Of a DNA stretch of 64,000 bases, positions 8,930-17,599 are shown one piece after another. Position 1 is the stretch's first letter, and every line of letters begins with the position of its first letter. The position numbers were made by a program, and so were the translations under genes. The notes beneath the pieces are model-generated. The model saw nothing but the letters and a program-made list of their open reading frames with translations. It was not told where the DNA came from and searched no databases. This DNA comes from a bacterium (lineage in GTDB: Bacteria > Sysuimicrobiota > Sysuimicrobiia > Sysuimicrobiales > Segetimicrobiaceae), in contig DASYXS010000165.1 of NCBI GenBank assembly GCA_035934535.1, positions 36 to 64,035 of the forward strand, given 5' to 3'.

Positions 8930-9801
8930 GACTGGCGTACACGATCTCCGTCTCGCAGACGCGGTTCGCCGCGGTCGCGGCCGCCGACATCCAGGCGACG
9001 GTCCCCGCGCTCGCGGGGCTCGGCTTCGACGGCGTCGAGATGGCCATTCGCGACCCCGGACACGTCGACGTCGAGGGACTCGCGGCCGCCGCTGAGCGTT
9101 CGGGGATCGCGGTGCCGGCGGTCGGCACCGGACAGGCGTATTTGGAGGAAGGGCTGAGCCTCACCGCCTCGGAGGAGCAGGTGCGGGTGCGCGCGGCCGC
9201 CCGTCTCCTCGCGCAGGTCGCGGCGGCGCGGCGGCTCGGCGCGCTGCTCATCATCGGGCTGATCCATGGACCGATCCCGCCGGAGACCGACCGCGCGCTC
9301 GCCGAGGAGCGCCTGCTCGAGGGCCTCGGCACCGTCGCCCGGGCGGCCGGGACCGCGGGGGTGCGGCTCGTGATCGAGCCGATCAATCGGTACGAGACCA
9401 ATTGGCTGAACACCGTCGAAGAGGTGCTCGATCTGATCGATCACCTCGGCGAGGACAACGTCGGCGTGCTGCCCGACACGTTTCACATGAACATCGAGGA
9501 GGCCGACGTATCGGCGGCGCTCCGCCGAGGCGGGGCGCGCGTCTGGCACGTGCACGCCGCGGACAGCAACCGGCGCGCGCCAGGGTGGGGGCACCTCGAC
9601 TTCGGGCCGGTGGTGCGGACGCTTGGCGAGATGGGCTACGGCGGGTTTCTCTCGGCGGAGATTCTCCCGCAGCCCGGGGTGCTCGACGCTGCCTGGCAGA
9701 CGATCGCGGCGCTGCGCCCGCTCGTGCCGCATCGGGCCCGCCGGGCGCCGGAGGCGTCGCTCGGCACGTCCGGGAACGGGCAGAGCCGCGGCCCCCGCTG
9801 A
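8926..9801 (+). CDS. ketose 3-epimerase-like sugar isomerase/epimerase (xylose isomerase-like TIM barrel)
   Basis: GTGA overlap with the creatininase gene. The motifs IEPINRYETNWLNT and DTFHMNIEE match the metal ligands of the D-tagatose/D-psicose 3-epimerase family, followed by HVHAADSNR. Confidence 0.75.
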   Translation: MRLAYTISVSQTRFAAVAAADIQATVPALAGLGFDGVEMAIRDPGHVDVEGLAAAAERSGIAVPAVGTGQAYLEEGLSLTASEEQVRVRAAARLLAQVAAARRLGALLIIGLIHGPIPPETDRALAEERLLEGLGTVARAAGTAGVRLVIEPINRYETNWLNTVEEVLDLIDHLGEDNVGVLPDTFHMNIEEADVSAALRRGGARVWHVHAADSNRRAPGWGHLDFGPVVRTLGEMGYGGFLSAEILPQPGVLDAAWQTIAALRPLVPHRARRAPEASLGTSGNGQSRGPR

Positions 9802-9821
9802 GGGTCGCAGGAGGTGACGTG

Positions 9822-10745
9822 ATGCGGGAACCCTGGAGCCGCTATCTGCGTCTCGGGATTGTGCACTTCATGGCCTATCCGGCGGTCATGAAGGGGGACG
9901 GCCCGTACGTCGAGACCCTGCGCGAGATCGCCGCCGACCCGTTCTTCACGGCGGTCGAGGTCGGCTGGGTCACCGACGCGGAGCAGCGGAAGCAGGCGGC
10001 GCAATTGCTCGCGGAGGCGCACCTCGACGTCGGGTTCGGCGCGCAGTCCGCGCTGCTCACGACGAAGTCGGACCTCAACGCGGCCGACGAGAAGGCGCGG
10101 CAGAGCGCGGTCGCGCTGGTGAGGGGCTGCGTCGACCAGGCCGTCGACCTCGGCGCGCGGCGGCTGGCGGTGTTGAGCGGGCCGTACTCGGGGTCCGGCG
10201 ACGAGGCGAAGGCGGTGGACCGGCTGGTCGAGTCGCTCGCCGAGATCTGCGAGTACGGGCGCGGACGCGGGGTGGGGATTACGCTCGAGACCTTCGACCG
10301 CACGATCGAGAAGAAGGCGCTCGCCGGCCCGACGCCGCTCTGCGTGACCGTGTCGGAGCGCGTGCGGCGGACGCACCCCGACTTCGGGCTGATGCTCGAT
10401 CTGAGCCATCTGCCGCTGCTCGGTGAACGGACGCGGGACGCCCTCCTGTGCGCCCGCGACCATCTCGTGCACGCCCACATCGGCAACTGCGCGATGCGCG
10501 ACCGCGCGCACGCGGCGTACGGCGACGTGCACCCGCGGTTCGGGATCGTCGGCGGCGAGAACGACACGCCGGAAGTGCTCGAGTTTCTGCGCGTGCTCTT
10601 CGAGATCGGATACCTCGGCGGCGGCGCGGCCGGCGGCCGGCGGCCGTTCCTGTCGTTCGAAGTCAAGCCGCTGCCGGGCGAGGCGACCGCGACGGTCGTC
10701 GCGGGCACCAAGCGCGTCTTCATGGACGCGTGGGCGATGCTGTAG
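9822..10745 (+). CDS. sugar phosphate isomerase/epimerase (xylose isomerase-like TIM barrel), second paralogue-type
   Basis: AGGAGG RBS at 9809-9814. Motifs ITLETFDR, LMLDLSHL and LVHAHIGNC are typical of AP-endo2/xylose-isomerase-like TIM barrels. Confidence 0.7.
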   Translation: MREPWSRYLRLGIVHFMAYPAVMKGDGPYVETLREIAADPFFTAVEVGWVTDAEQRKQAAQLLAEAHLDVGFGAQSALLTTKSDLNAADEKARQSAVALVRGCVDQAVDLGARRLAVLSGPYSGSGDEAKAVDRLVESLAEICEYGRGRGVGITLETFDRTIEKKALAGPTPLCVTVSERVRRTHPDFGLMLDLSHLPLLGERTRDALLCARDHLVHAHIGNCAMRDRAHAAYGDVHPRFGIVGGENDTPEVLEFLRVLFEIGYLGGGAAGGRRPFLSFEVKPLPGEATATVVAGTKRVFMDAWAML

Positions 10746-10761
10746 GAGGAGGATCGACGCG

Positions 10762-11754
10762 ATGGCGACACCCCGAATCTACGTAACCCGGCCGCTGCCC
10801 GAGCCCGCGGCGCGTCTCCTGCGCGAGGCGCCGGTCGAAGTCCGCGGGTGGGACCGGGACGACACGCCGGTGGCGCGGGACGTGCTGCTGCGCGAGGTCG
10901 TCGACGCCGACGGCGTCATCTGTCTCATCACGGAGAAGGTGGATGCTGAGGTGATCGACCGGATGGCCCACTGCCGCGTGATCGCGCAGGTCGCGGTCGG
11001 CTACGACAACATCGACGTCGCGTCGGCGACGCGCCGGGGCATCTTCGTCACCAATACGCCGGGCGTGCTGACCGAGACCACCGCCGACATGGGGTGGGCG
11101 ATCCTCATGGCCACGGCCCGCCGGGTCGTCGAGGGCGACAAGTTTACGCGATCGGGCCGCTGGAAGACCTGGGAGATCATGGGCTTCACGGGGCAGGACG
11201 TGCACGGCGCGACGCTCGGCATCGTGGGGATGGGGCGCATCGGCTACGCGATCGCCCGGCGCGCGACGGGGTTTGCGATGCCGGTGCTCTACAACAATCG
11301 CACGCGGCTGCCCGAGGCGCAGGAGCGCCTCGTGAACGCGCGCCACGTGTCGCTCGACGAGCTGCTGGCGCAGTCGGACTTCGTCGTCATCTCGTGCGCG
11401 CTCACGCCGGAGACGCGGCACCTGATCAGCGAGCGGGAGCTCGGGCTGATGAAGCGCACCGCGGCGCTGGTCAACATCGCGCGCGGGCCCATTGTCGACC
11501 AGCGCGCGCTGTACCGCGCGCTGGTCGACAACAAGATCTGGGCGGCGGGGCTCGACGTGTTCGAGCGGGAGCCGGTGCCGATGGACGAGCCGCTCCTCAA
11601 GCTCGACAATGTCGTGCTGCCGCCGCATCTCGGCAGCGCGAGCGTGGCGACGCGAATCAAGATGGCGACGCTCGCCGCGGAAAACTGCCTCTTCGGCGTG
11701 CGGAGCGAGGTCCCGCCCAACGCCGTCAACCGCGAGGCCCTCGAGCACCGCTAG
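10762..11754 (+). CDS. D-isomer-specific 2-hydroxyacid dehydrogenase (glyoxylate/hydroxypyruvate reductase-like)
   Basis: GIVGMGRIGYAIARRA NAD-binding motif, catalytic region ARGPIVDQ and LPPHLGSAS. AGGAGGAGGA RBS upstream. Confidence 0.85.
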   Translation: MATPRIYVTRPLPEPAARLLREAPVEVRGWDRDDTPVARDVLLREVVDADGVICLITEKVDAEVIDRMAHCRVIAQVAVGYDNIDVASATRRGIFVTNTPGVLTETTADMGWAILMATARRVVEGDKFTRSGRWKTWEIMGFTGQDVHGATLGIVGMGRIGYAIARRATGFAMPVLYNNRTRLPEAQERLVNARHVSLDELLAQSDFVVISCALTPETRHLISERELGLMKRTAALVNIARGPIVDQRALYRALVDNKIWAAGLDVFEREPVPMDEPLLKLDNVVLPPHLGSASVATRIKMATLAAENCLFGVRSEVPPNAVNREALEHR

Positions 11755-11786
11755 TCCTCAAGGGTGCGTGACGTGTCCGCGCGCGC

Positions 11787-12554
11787 ATGTTGACGAACGC
11801 GATGAAAGCCACGATCTCGTCCGGGCGGGCGGCGATCGGTCTGTCGGTGATGATTCCCTCGCCGCAGATTGTGGAGATGGCCGGCCGGCTCGGCTTCGAT
11901 TGGGTGTTGATCGACTGCGAGCACGGCACGATCAACCGAGAATCCGTCGAGCTGATGGCGATGGCGGCGCAGGCCGGCGGGACGACGCCGATTGCGCGGC
12001 CGGCGGCCAACAGCCCGGAGGCGATCTTGCAGGTGCTGGAGGCCGGCGCCCTGGGCGTGCAGGTGCCGCACGTCAGCACCGCGGACGAGGCCCGCGCCGC
12101 CGTGGACGCCGTCAAGTACCATCCGCTCGGCTCACGGGGGCTCGCCGTCGGCACGCGCCCGGCCGGCTACGGGCTCGGCGGCTCGGCGGCCGACTACGTG
12201 GAGGCGTCGAACCGCGAGACGCTCGTCTGCGTGCAGATCGAGGACATGGATGGGCTTGCGAACCTTCGCGAGATCCTCGCGGTGCGGGGGATCGACGTCT
12301 TCTTCGTCGGGCCGTCGGATCTCGCGCAGGCGATGGGCCACCCGGGGCGGACGGACGTGCCGGAGGTCCGCGCCGCGATCGACGGCGCCTTCCGCGCGAT
12401 CCTGGCTGCCGGCAAGGTCGCGGGCTCGACCGGCGCCCCGGAGGCGATTCCCGGCCTCGTCCGACAGGGCATCCGCTACACGTACACGCACCTCACGCGT
12501 CTCTTGGCTCGGGCGGGACGCGACTTCTTGCGGTCGGCGCGCGACGTCGGGTAG
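11787..12554 (+). CDS. HpcH/HpaI family 2-keto-3-deoxy-acid aldolase
   Basis: AGRLGFDWVLIDCEHG, VRPAANSP-type and IEDMDGLANL motifs characteristic of the HpcH/HpaI/GarL aldolases. Confidence 0.85.
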   Translation: MLTNAMKATISSGRAAIGLSVMIPSPQIVEMAGRLGFDWVLIDCEHGTINRESVELMAMAAQAGGTTPIARPAANSPEAILQVLEAGALGVQVPHVSTADEARAAVDAVKYHPLGSRGLAVGTRPAGYGLGGSAADYVEASNRETLVCVQIEDMDGLANLREILAVRGIDVFFVGPSDLAQAMGHPGRTDVPEVRAAIDGAFRAILAAGKVAGSTGAPEAIPGLVRQGIRYTYTHLTRLLARAGRDFLRSARDVG

Positions 12555-12573
12555 GGCGCCGCCGCCTGCTATA

Positions 12574-12855
12574 ATGCCCCACGTGAGCATGCGGTGCCCG
12601 CAGTGCGGCCGTCCCAACGTCGTGAGCCACGTGACGATCCGCTGGGCGCACGCGCGAGGATCGCTCGTTCCCGAGCGCGGCTACTACTGCGTCGCCTGCG
12701 GCAACGCGTTCGACGAGCCCCGTCCCCAGCGCGGCTCGTTTACGTTTCGTTCGGTGCAGGTGCCGTCCGTGACGTCGGCGATCCGGCGCCTTCAAGAAAG
12801 CGCGGACGTGGTGGTCGTGCGGCACCGGACGGGGATGCGCGAGGTCATGTACTGA
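12574..12855 (+). CDS. hypothetical small zinc-ribbon protein
   Basis: CPQCG...CVACG four-Cys ribbon. Possible starts are ATG 12574, GTG 12583 or ATG 12589. A perfect TATAAT (12570-12575) lies at or just upstream of the start. Confidence 0.5.
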   Translation: MPHVSMRCPQCGRPNVVSHVTIRWAHARGSLVPERGYYCVACGNAFDEPRPQRGSFTFRSVQVPSVTSAIRRLQESADVVVVRHRTGMREVMY

Positions 12856-13445
12856 TCTTCGTGCTGGCCGTGCTGGCCGGCCTCGCGGTCGGCCGGCGGC
12901 GCGGGGGACGGCTCGTCAATCTCACCCGACTCGCGCCCCGCTGGCTGCCGCTCCTTATGCTGGCGGTCGCCGCGGTGACCGCCGCACGGGTTGCGGTTGT
13001 GCCGGTTGCGGCCGCGCGCGTCCTTGTCATCGGCGGCTACGTGCTGGCCCTCGTCGGCCTCGCCGCGAACATGGCCCTGCCGTGGCTGTGGCTCGCGTTC
13101 GCCGGCGCGGCCCTCAACACAGCCGTGATTGCGGCGAACGCCGGACGCATGCCGGTCTCCGGGCCCGTCATTCGCGCGATCTCACGGTCCCTTGTCGTCG
13201 GCGGAGCGACGGGCCCCTTCTACGTGCTGGCCGGTCCGCACACCGCGCTCGCGCCGCTCGGCGATACGCTGCCGCTCGTGGTCGGCGGCGTCGGTGTGGT
13301 CTTGAGTCCCGGCGACGCGCTGCTCGCCCTCGGCATCGCGGCTGTACTGCAGGCAGGCATGCTCCCGGGACGTGCCTCGCCGGCGCCCGAAGCCCGCGAC
13401 CTGCGGCGCGGCAACGGGGACCGTCCCGGACCGGGAGTCCGATAG
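12852..13445 (+). CDS. DUF5317-like integral membrane protein
   Basis: Multi-TM protein (VLAVLAGLAVGRRRGGRL...). The start is either CTG 12852 (CTGA overlap with the upstream stop) or GTG 12861. Confidence 0.6.
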   Translation: MIFVLAVLAGLAVGRRRGGRLVNLTRLAPRWLPLLMLAVAAVTAARVAVVPVAAARVLVIGGYVLALVGLAANMALPWLWLAFAGAALNTAVIAANAGRMPVSGPVIRAISRSLVVGGATGPFYVLAGPHTALAPLGDTLPLVVGGVGVVLSPGDALLALGIAAVLQAGMLPGRASPAPEARDLRRGNGDRPGPGVR

Positions 13446-13479
13446 CGAACACCAGTGCGGTAGTCAATAGACACCCCGG

Positions 13480-13506
13480 CCTCGCGCGATTCGACGAGGT
13501 TTTTTT
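13480..13506 (+). terminator. weak putative intrinsic terminator
   Basis: CCTCG (13480-13484) pairs with CGAGG (13495-13499), followed by a 6-T run (13500-13505). The stem is short (5 bp) and the loop is 10 nt. Confidence 0.35.
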
Positions 13507-13535
13507 GTTGTTGGCGCGCGTCTAAATGCAGGAGT

Positions 13536-13580
13536 ATGGGGGTATGTGGAGAATCGTGGGGTTTCATAGGGATAGGTGGG
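13536..13580 (+). promoter_or_regulatory. MraZ operator: five TGGGG-like direct repeats with exact 10-bp spacing
   Basis: TGGGG at 13536, TGGAG at 13546, TGGGG at 13556, TAGGG at 13566 and TGGGG at 13576, about 130 nt upstream of mraZ. Confidence 0.7.
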
Positions 13581-13610
13581 GGAGACCATCTTTTCATCCC
13601 ACGGCCCAAC

Positions 13611-13678
13611 GCGGCGTCAAGTTCGATGGTGGCCGGCCGCAGACGCTATGGCTCACGCCGTAGGCAGTCGGCCGGCGA
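13611..13678 (+). repeat. palindromic repeat family copy K (loop-expanded, 26-nt loop insert), in the mraZ 5' leader
   Basis: CGGCGTCAAGTTCGATGGTGGCCGGCCGC-[26 nt]-GTCGGCCGGCGAG. Both arms match the ileS copy (53761-53803). Confidence 0.7.
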
Positions 13679-13708
13679 GAGGTCTGGAGCGGTTGTTGAC
13701 GGCGGCGG

Positions 13709-14131
13709 ATGCTCAGGGGCGAAGCGCAGTACGCGCTGGACGACAAAGGGCGGGTGGTGATTCCGCCCAAATTTCGGGCGGTCATGGGCGACCGGATCAT
13801 CGTCACCCGGTGGACCGACCCGTGTCTTTTCGCCTTTTCCGCGCCTGAATGGCAGTCGCTTGAAGAGAAGCTCCGGACGCTGCCGTTGGGCCAGCACGAG
13901 GCGCGCCGGTACGTGCTGTCGGCGGCCGAAGATTGCGAGCTCGACCGGCAGGGCAGGATCTTTCTCGCGCCGCACCTGCGCGAGCACGCGAGCATCACGC
14001 GGTCGGTAACGATCATCGGGGTGGGGGGACACCTGGAACTCTGGAGCACCCCCGCCTGGCGCAGGCGGCTCCAGAAGGTTCGGAAGGCGCCGGAGGAACT
14101 GGCGCAGCAGCTCCAGGCGCTGACGCTGTAA
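13709..14131 (+). CDS. mraZ: transcriptional regulator MraZ
   Basis: 140 aa with two SpoVT/AbrB-like repeats (DDKGRVVIPPKFR, LDRQGRIFLAPHLR). First gene of the dcw cluster. Confidence 0.93.
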   Translation: MLRGEAQYALDDKGRVVIPPKFRAVMGDRIIVTRWTDPCLFAFSAPEWQSLEEKLRTLPLGQHEARRYVLSAAEDCELDRQGRIFLAPHLREHASITRSVTIIGVGGHLELWSTPAWRRRLQKVRKAPEELAQQLQALTL

Positions 14132-14216
14132 GTGTTGGGCAACCCGAGGGCGGCGGTGAGTCGTGCTGGCGACGGTGGCCGTGTGGATGGGTGCGTCGGA
14201 ATCCCCTCACGCGACA

Positions 14217-15176
14217 ATGCACGTTCCGGTGCTGGTGGACGAGGTGCTCGCGTACCTCGCGCCGCGGCCCGGCGCCGTCATTGTTGATGCGACGCTCGGT
14301 GAAGGCGGGCACGCGGAGGCGATTCTCCGCAAGATCGCGCCCGCCGGCCGGCTGGTCGGCTTGGACCGCGACGGCGAAGCGCTGGCGCGCGCGGAAGAGC
14401 GGCTGCGCCGGTTCGGACAGAACGTGACCCTGGCGCAGGCGAATTTCGGCGACCTGGACGAGGCGCTGAACGTGCTCGGCGTGGGGACGGTGGACGGGGT
14501 GCTGCTGGACATCGGGGTCTCGACGCGGCAGCTCATGGAGGCGGAGCGCGGATTCAGTTTCGACCGCGTCGGGCCGCTCGACATGCGCATGGATCGCGGC
14601 GAGTCCCGGACGGCCGCCGATTTGGTGAACGCGCTGCCGGAGCGCGACCTCGCCGACCTGATCTATCGCTACGGCGAAGAGCGGGCGTCGCGGAAGATCG
14701 CCCGGCAGATCGTGGCGCGGCGTCCGCTGCGGACGACGCGCGACCTGGCGCGCGCCGTCGAGGCGGCGGTGGGCGCGAGCCGCGGGCGGCTGCATCCCGC
14801 GACCCGGACGTTTCAGGCGCTGCGGATCGCGACGAACCGCGAGATCGAGTCGCTCGAACGCGCACTCCCGCAGGCGGTGCGGCGTCTCAGGCCGGGCGGC
14901 CGGCTCTGCGTGATCGCGTTCCACTCGATCGAGGACCGCGTCGTCAAGACGGCGCTCGCACGGTTCGCGCGCGGCTGCACCTGTCCACCCGGGCTGCCGG
15001 AGTGCCGGTGCGGCGGCGAGCGGCTCGTGCGGATTCTGACGAAGAAGCCGGTCACGGCGTCCGCGGCCGAAATTGCGCGCAACCCGCGCTCCCGGAGCGC
15101 GCGCCTGCGCGCGGCCGAGCGGTTGATCGATGCCGGCCGGCCGCCGGCCGGCCGGCAGAGCGGCGCCGCATGCTAG
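14217..15176 (+). CDS. rsmH: 16S rRNA (cytosine1402-N4)-methyltransferase RsmH
   Basis: HVPVLVDEVL, DATLGEGGH, DLGVSTRQL, FHSIEDRVVK and NPRSRSARLR motifs. GTG 14163 is an alternative start. The last ~16 codons derive from a repeat copy. Confidence 0.92.
   Translation: MHVPVLVDEVLAYLAPRPGAVIVDATLGEGGHAEAILRKIAPAGRLVGLDRDGEALARAEERLRRFGQNVTLAQANFGDLDEALNVLGVGTVDGVLLDIGVSTRQLMEAERGFSFDRVGPLDMRMDRGESRTAADLVNALPERDLADLIYRYGEERASRKIARQIVARRPLRTTRDLARAVEAAVGASRGRLHPATRTFQALRIATNREIESLERALPQAVRRLRPGGRLCVIAFHSIEDRVVKTALARFARGCTCPPGLPECRCGGERLVRILTKKPVTASAAEIARNPRSRSARLRAAERLIDAGRPPAGRQSGAAC
15125..15158 (+). repeat. palindromic repeat family copy F, forming the 3' tail of rsmH
   Basis: GATCGATGCCGGCCGGCCGCCGGCCGGCCGGCAG is translated as DAGRPPAGRQS. 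The ileS copy is translated as HGGRPPVGRQE. Confidence 0.5.
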
Positions 15177-15631
15177 CGCTGGAACGGCAGCACCGAGTCT
15201 ATCCGGTGCTTCTGCCGGAATCTTGGGCCGAAGGGGGGGAGGCGACCCGGCGTCGGCGGAGACGTTATCCGGTAGTTTCGGCACTCACAATCGCAGCATT
15301 CGCGGTGCTCCCGTTCATCGCATACGTCGCAGCTGTATCCAACGCCGCACACATCGGCTACCAGATCCTACACCTGTCGAAGGACATTGCCGCACTAGAG
15401 ACGGACCACGAACGTCTCCAGGCCACCGCCTCCTCCCTGAGAGCCCCGGATCGCATCGAGCGATTGGCCGTGACGCGCCTCGGCCTGCGTTCGCCCGGCG
15501 AGCACCAAATCGCCGCGATCCGGCTGCCGCACACCGCGGTCCATCCCGACGATCATCGGGCCGGAGTGTGGCAGCGGTTCGGCGCGTACTTCAACCGCAG
15601 CGAGGCGCAGGCCGCACCGGCGCCGCGATGA
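15170..15631 (+). CDS. ftsL: FtsL-like cell division protein (single TM plus coiled coil)
   Basis: Position between rsmH and ftsI. Contains a TM helix (VVSALTIAAFAVLPFIAYVAAV) followed by a heptad-like segment. The ATG overlaps the rsmH end. Confidence 0.6.
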   Translation: MLALERQHRVYPVLLPESWAEGGEATRRRRRRYPVVSALTIAAFAVLPFIAYVAAVSNAAHIGYQILHLSKDIAALETDHERLQATASSLRAPDRIERLAVTRLGLRSPGEHQIAAIRLPHTAVHPDDHRAGVWQRFGAYFNRSEAQAAPAPR

Positions 15632-17529
15632 ACCGGCGCCGTCCGTCACGGCCGCGCCGGCGCCGCCATACCGAGGACGGATCGGGGCCTCCCCGGATTC
15701 GCCTCGGCGCCACGAATCCGCGGGGTGATCGCGCCGCCCCGGGCCAGCCCGATGGCGACGCCCGCCGGCGGCTCGTCGCGTTATCGGGCGTCTGGCTCGT
15801 CGCGCTGGGCCTGCTCGCCGTCCGCATGGTCGATCTGCAGCTCGTCCGCGCCGGTGCGCTCGCGCGGCTCGCGGACCGCCAGCAGGTGGAGTCGCTGCGG
15901 CTGCCCGGCCGCCGGGGACAAATCCTCGACCAGGCCGGCCGCCCGCTCGCGATCAACGTCGAGGTCGATTCCGTCTACGCGGTGCCGAGGGCGATCGACG
16001 ACCCCGGCGCGTTCGCGCGCGCGGTCGGGCCCGCCCTCGGGCTCTCACCCGGCGGGGTGCAGGCGCGGCTGCGCCGCGGCGGCCCGTACTTCGCCTGGCT
16101 CGCGCGGCGGCAGCCCGCCGACGTCGCGGACCGCCTCCGCGCGCTCGATCTCGGCGAGACGGCCGGGATCGTCGCGGAATCGCGGCGTGCGTATCCGGCC
16201 GCGACGCTCGCCGCGAACCTCCTCGGGTTCACCGGCACCGACGACGCGGGGCTGGCGGGCCTGGAGCTCCAGTACGACCGTGTGCTGCGCGGCACCGGCG
16301 GGATCGAGGTGGCCGATCGGGACGCGATCGGCCGGGAGCTCATGCAGACGCAGCGCATCGTCACCCCGCCGCGAGACGGCGCGACGCTCGTGCTGACGAT
16401 CGACGAGGTCATCCAGCACATCGCCGAGCGCGAGGTCGCCCGCGCGGTGGAGCAGAGCCACGCCCGCGCCGGGCTGGCGATCGTCATGGATCCGGAGACC
16501 GGCGGGGTGCTTGCGCTCGCGGCGTCGCCGTCGTTCGATCCGAACCGGTATCAGGACGCGCCGCCGCGGTTGTGGAAGAGCCCCGCGGTCGCCGACGTGT
16601 ACGAGCCGGGGTCGACGTTCAAGCTGATCCTCGCGGCCGCGGCGCTCGACAGCCACGCCGTCACGCTCGCGGACCGGTGGACCGATCCGGGAAAGATTCG
16701 GATCAACGGTGCCTGGATCCATGACGCGGAACCCAACGAGCACTTCGAGTCGCTGGGCCTCGCGGACATCATCAAGTATTCCAGCAACGTCGGCGCGGCG
16801 CAGGTCGCCACGCGGCTCGGGAAGAACGCGATGTTCGCGTACATCCGCCGGTTCGGTTTCGGCCGCCCGACCGGCATCGATCTCCCGGGCGAGGCCGCGG
16901 GCATCGTGCGGCCCGTCGCGCAGTGGTACGGACCGAGCCTTCAGAACATCGCCTTCGGTCAGGGCATCTCCGTGACGCCGATCCAGCTGCTGGTCGCCGC
17001 CTCGTCGTTCGCCACGGACGGCCTCGCGGTGCGCCCGCACGTCGTCGCCGTCATCCGGGACGCCGCCGGCCGGACGATCTCGACGCCGGGCGACGTGACG
17101 CGGCGCCGGCTCATCGATGCAGGGGTGGCCGCGCAGGTGCTCGCGATGATGCGCGAGGTCGTGCGCGCCGGCACCGGCGTCAAGGCGCAGGTCGACGGCT
17201 ACACCGTGGCCGGCAAGACGGGAACCGCCCAGCGTCCCGGCCCGTCGGGCGGCTACGAACCGGGCGCGTACGTCGCGTCGTTCGTGGGCGTCGTGCCGGT
17301 GCCGTCTCCGCGCCTGGCGATCCTGGTGGTGGTCGACGGGCCGCGCGGCGTGTACTTCGGCGGCGACGTGGCGGCGCCGGTCTTCCACGAGATCGCGCGG
17401 CGGGCGCTGTGGTATCTTCGGGTGCCGCCCGAGGAGGCGCCCCAGGCGGCTTCAATGACGCCGCTACCGATGGCGGTGAGTCCGCCGGCGTGGCCGGCCG
17501 CGGGCCGGCCGGCACAGGCCCCGCGCTGA
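15628..17529 (+). CDS. ftsI: penicillin-binding protein 2B/FtsI (class B transpeptidase)
   Basis: ATGA overlap with ftsL. SxxK (GSTFK), SSN (YSSNVG) and KTGT (AGKTGTAQ) motifs are present. Confidence 0.9.
   Translation: MNRRRPSRPRRRRHTEDGSGPPRIRLGATNPRGDRAAPGQPDGDARRRLVALSGVWLVALGLLAVRMVDLQLVRAGALARLADRQQVESLRLPGRRGQILDQAGRPLAINVEVDSVYAVPRAIDDPGAFARAVGPALGLSPGGVQARLRRGGPYFAWLARRQPADVADRLRALDLGETAGIVAESRRAYPAATLAANLLGFTGTDDAGLAGLELQYDRVLRGTGGIEVADRDAIGRELMQTQRIVTPPRDGATLVLTIDEVIQHIAEREVARAVEQSHARAGLAIVMDPETGGVLALAASPSFDPNRYQDAPPRLWKSPAVADVYEPGSTFKLILAAAALDSHAVTLADRWTDPGKIRINGAWIHDAEPNEHFESLGLADIIKYSSNVGAAQVATRLGKNAMFAYIRRFGFGRPTGIDLPGEAAGIVRPVAQWYGPSLQNIAFGQGISVTPIQLLVAASSFATDGLAVRPHVVAVIRDAAGRTISTPGDVTRRRLIDAGVAAQVLAMMREVVRAGTGVKAQVDGYTVAGKTGTAQRPGPSGGYEPGAYVASFVGVVPVPSPRLAILVVVDGPRGVYFGGDVAAPVFHEIARRALWYLRVPPEEAPQAASMTPLPMAVSPPAWPAAGRPAQAPR
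17487..17518 (+). repeat. palindromic repeat family copy H, in the ftsI C-terminal tail
   Basis: GGCGTGGCCGGCCGCGGGCCGGCCGGCACAGG is translated as AWPAAGRPAQA. The arms match the family core. Confidence 0.45.
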
Positions 17530-17599
17530 GTGGTGCCGCGGGCTCGTGGGCGGCTGCGCGGCGCATTTTGATGGTATGCTGAGCTCGGAGGACTACCGA

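Noticed and set aside
12875-12915. GGCCGGCCTCGCGGTCGGCCGGCGGC inside the DUF5317 gene, considered as another copy of the palindromic repeat.
   Set aside because: Only the GC-rich arms match. GCCGGCCG-type 8-mers are expected about a dozen times per strand by composition alone. The encoded GLAVGRRRGG is the normal conserved N-terminus of this family, and no TTCATG-type left flank is present.
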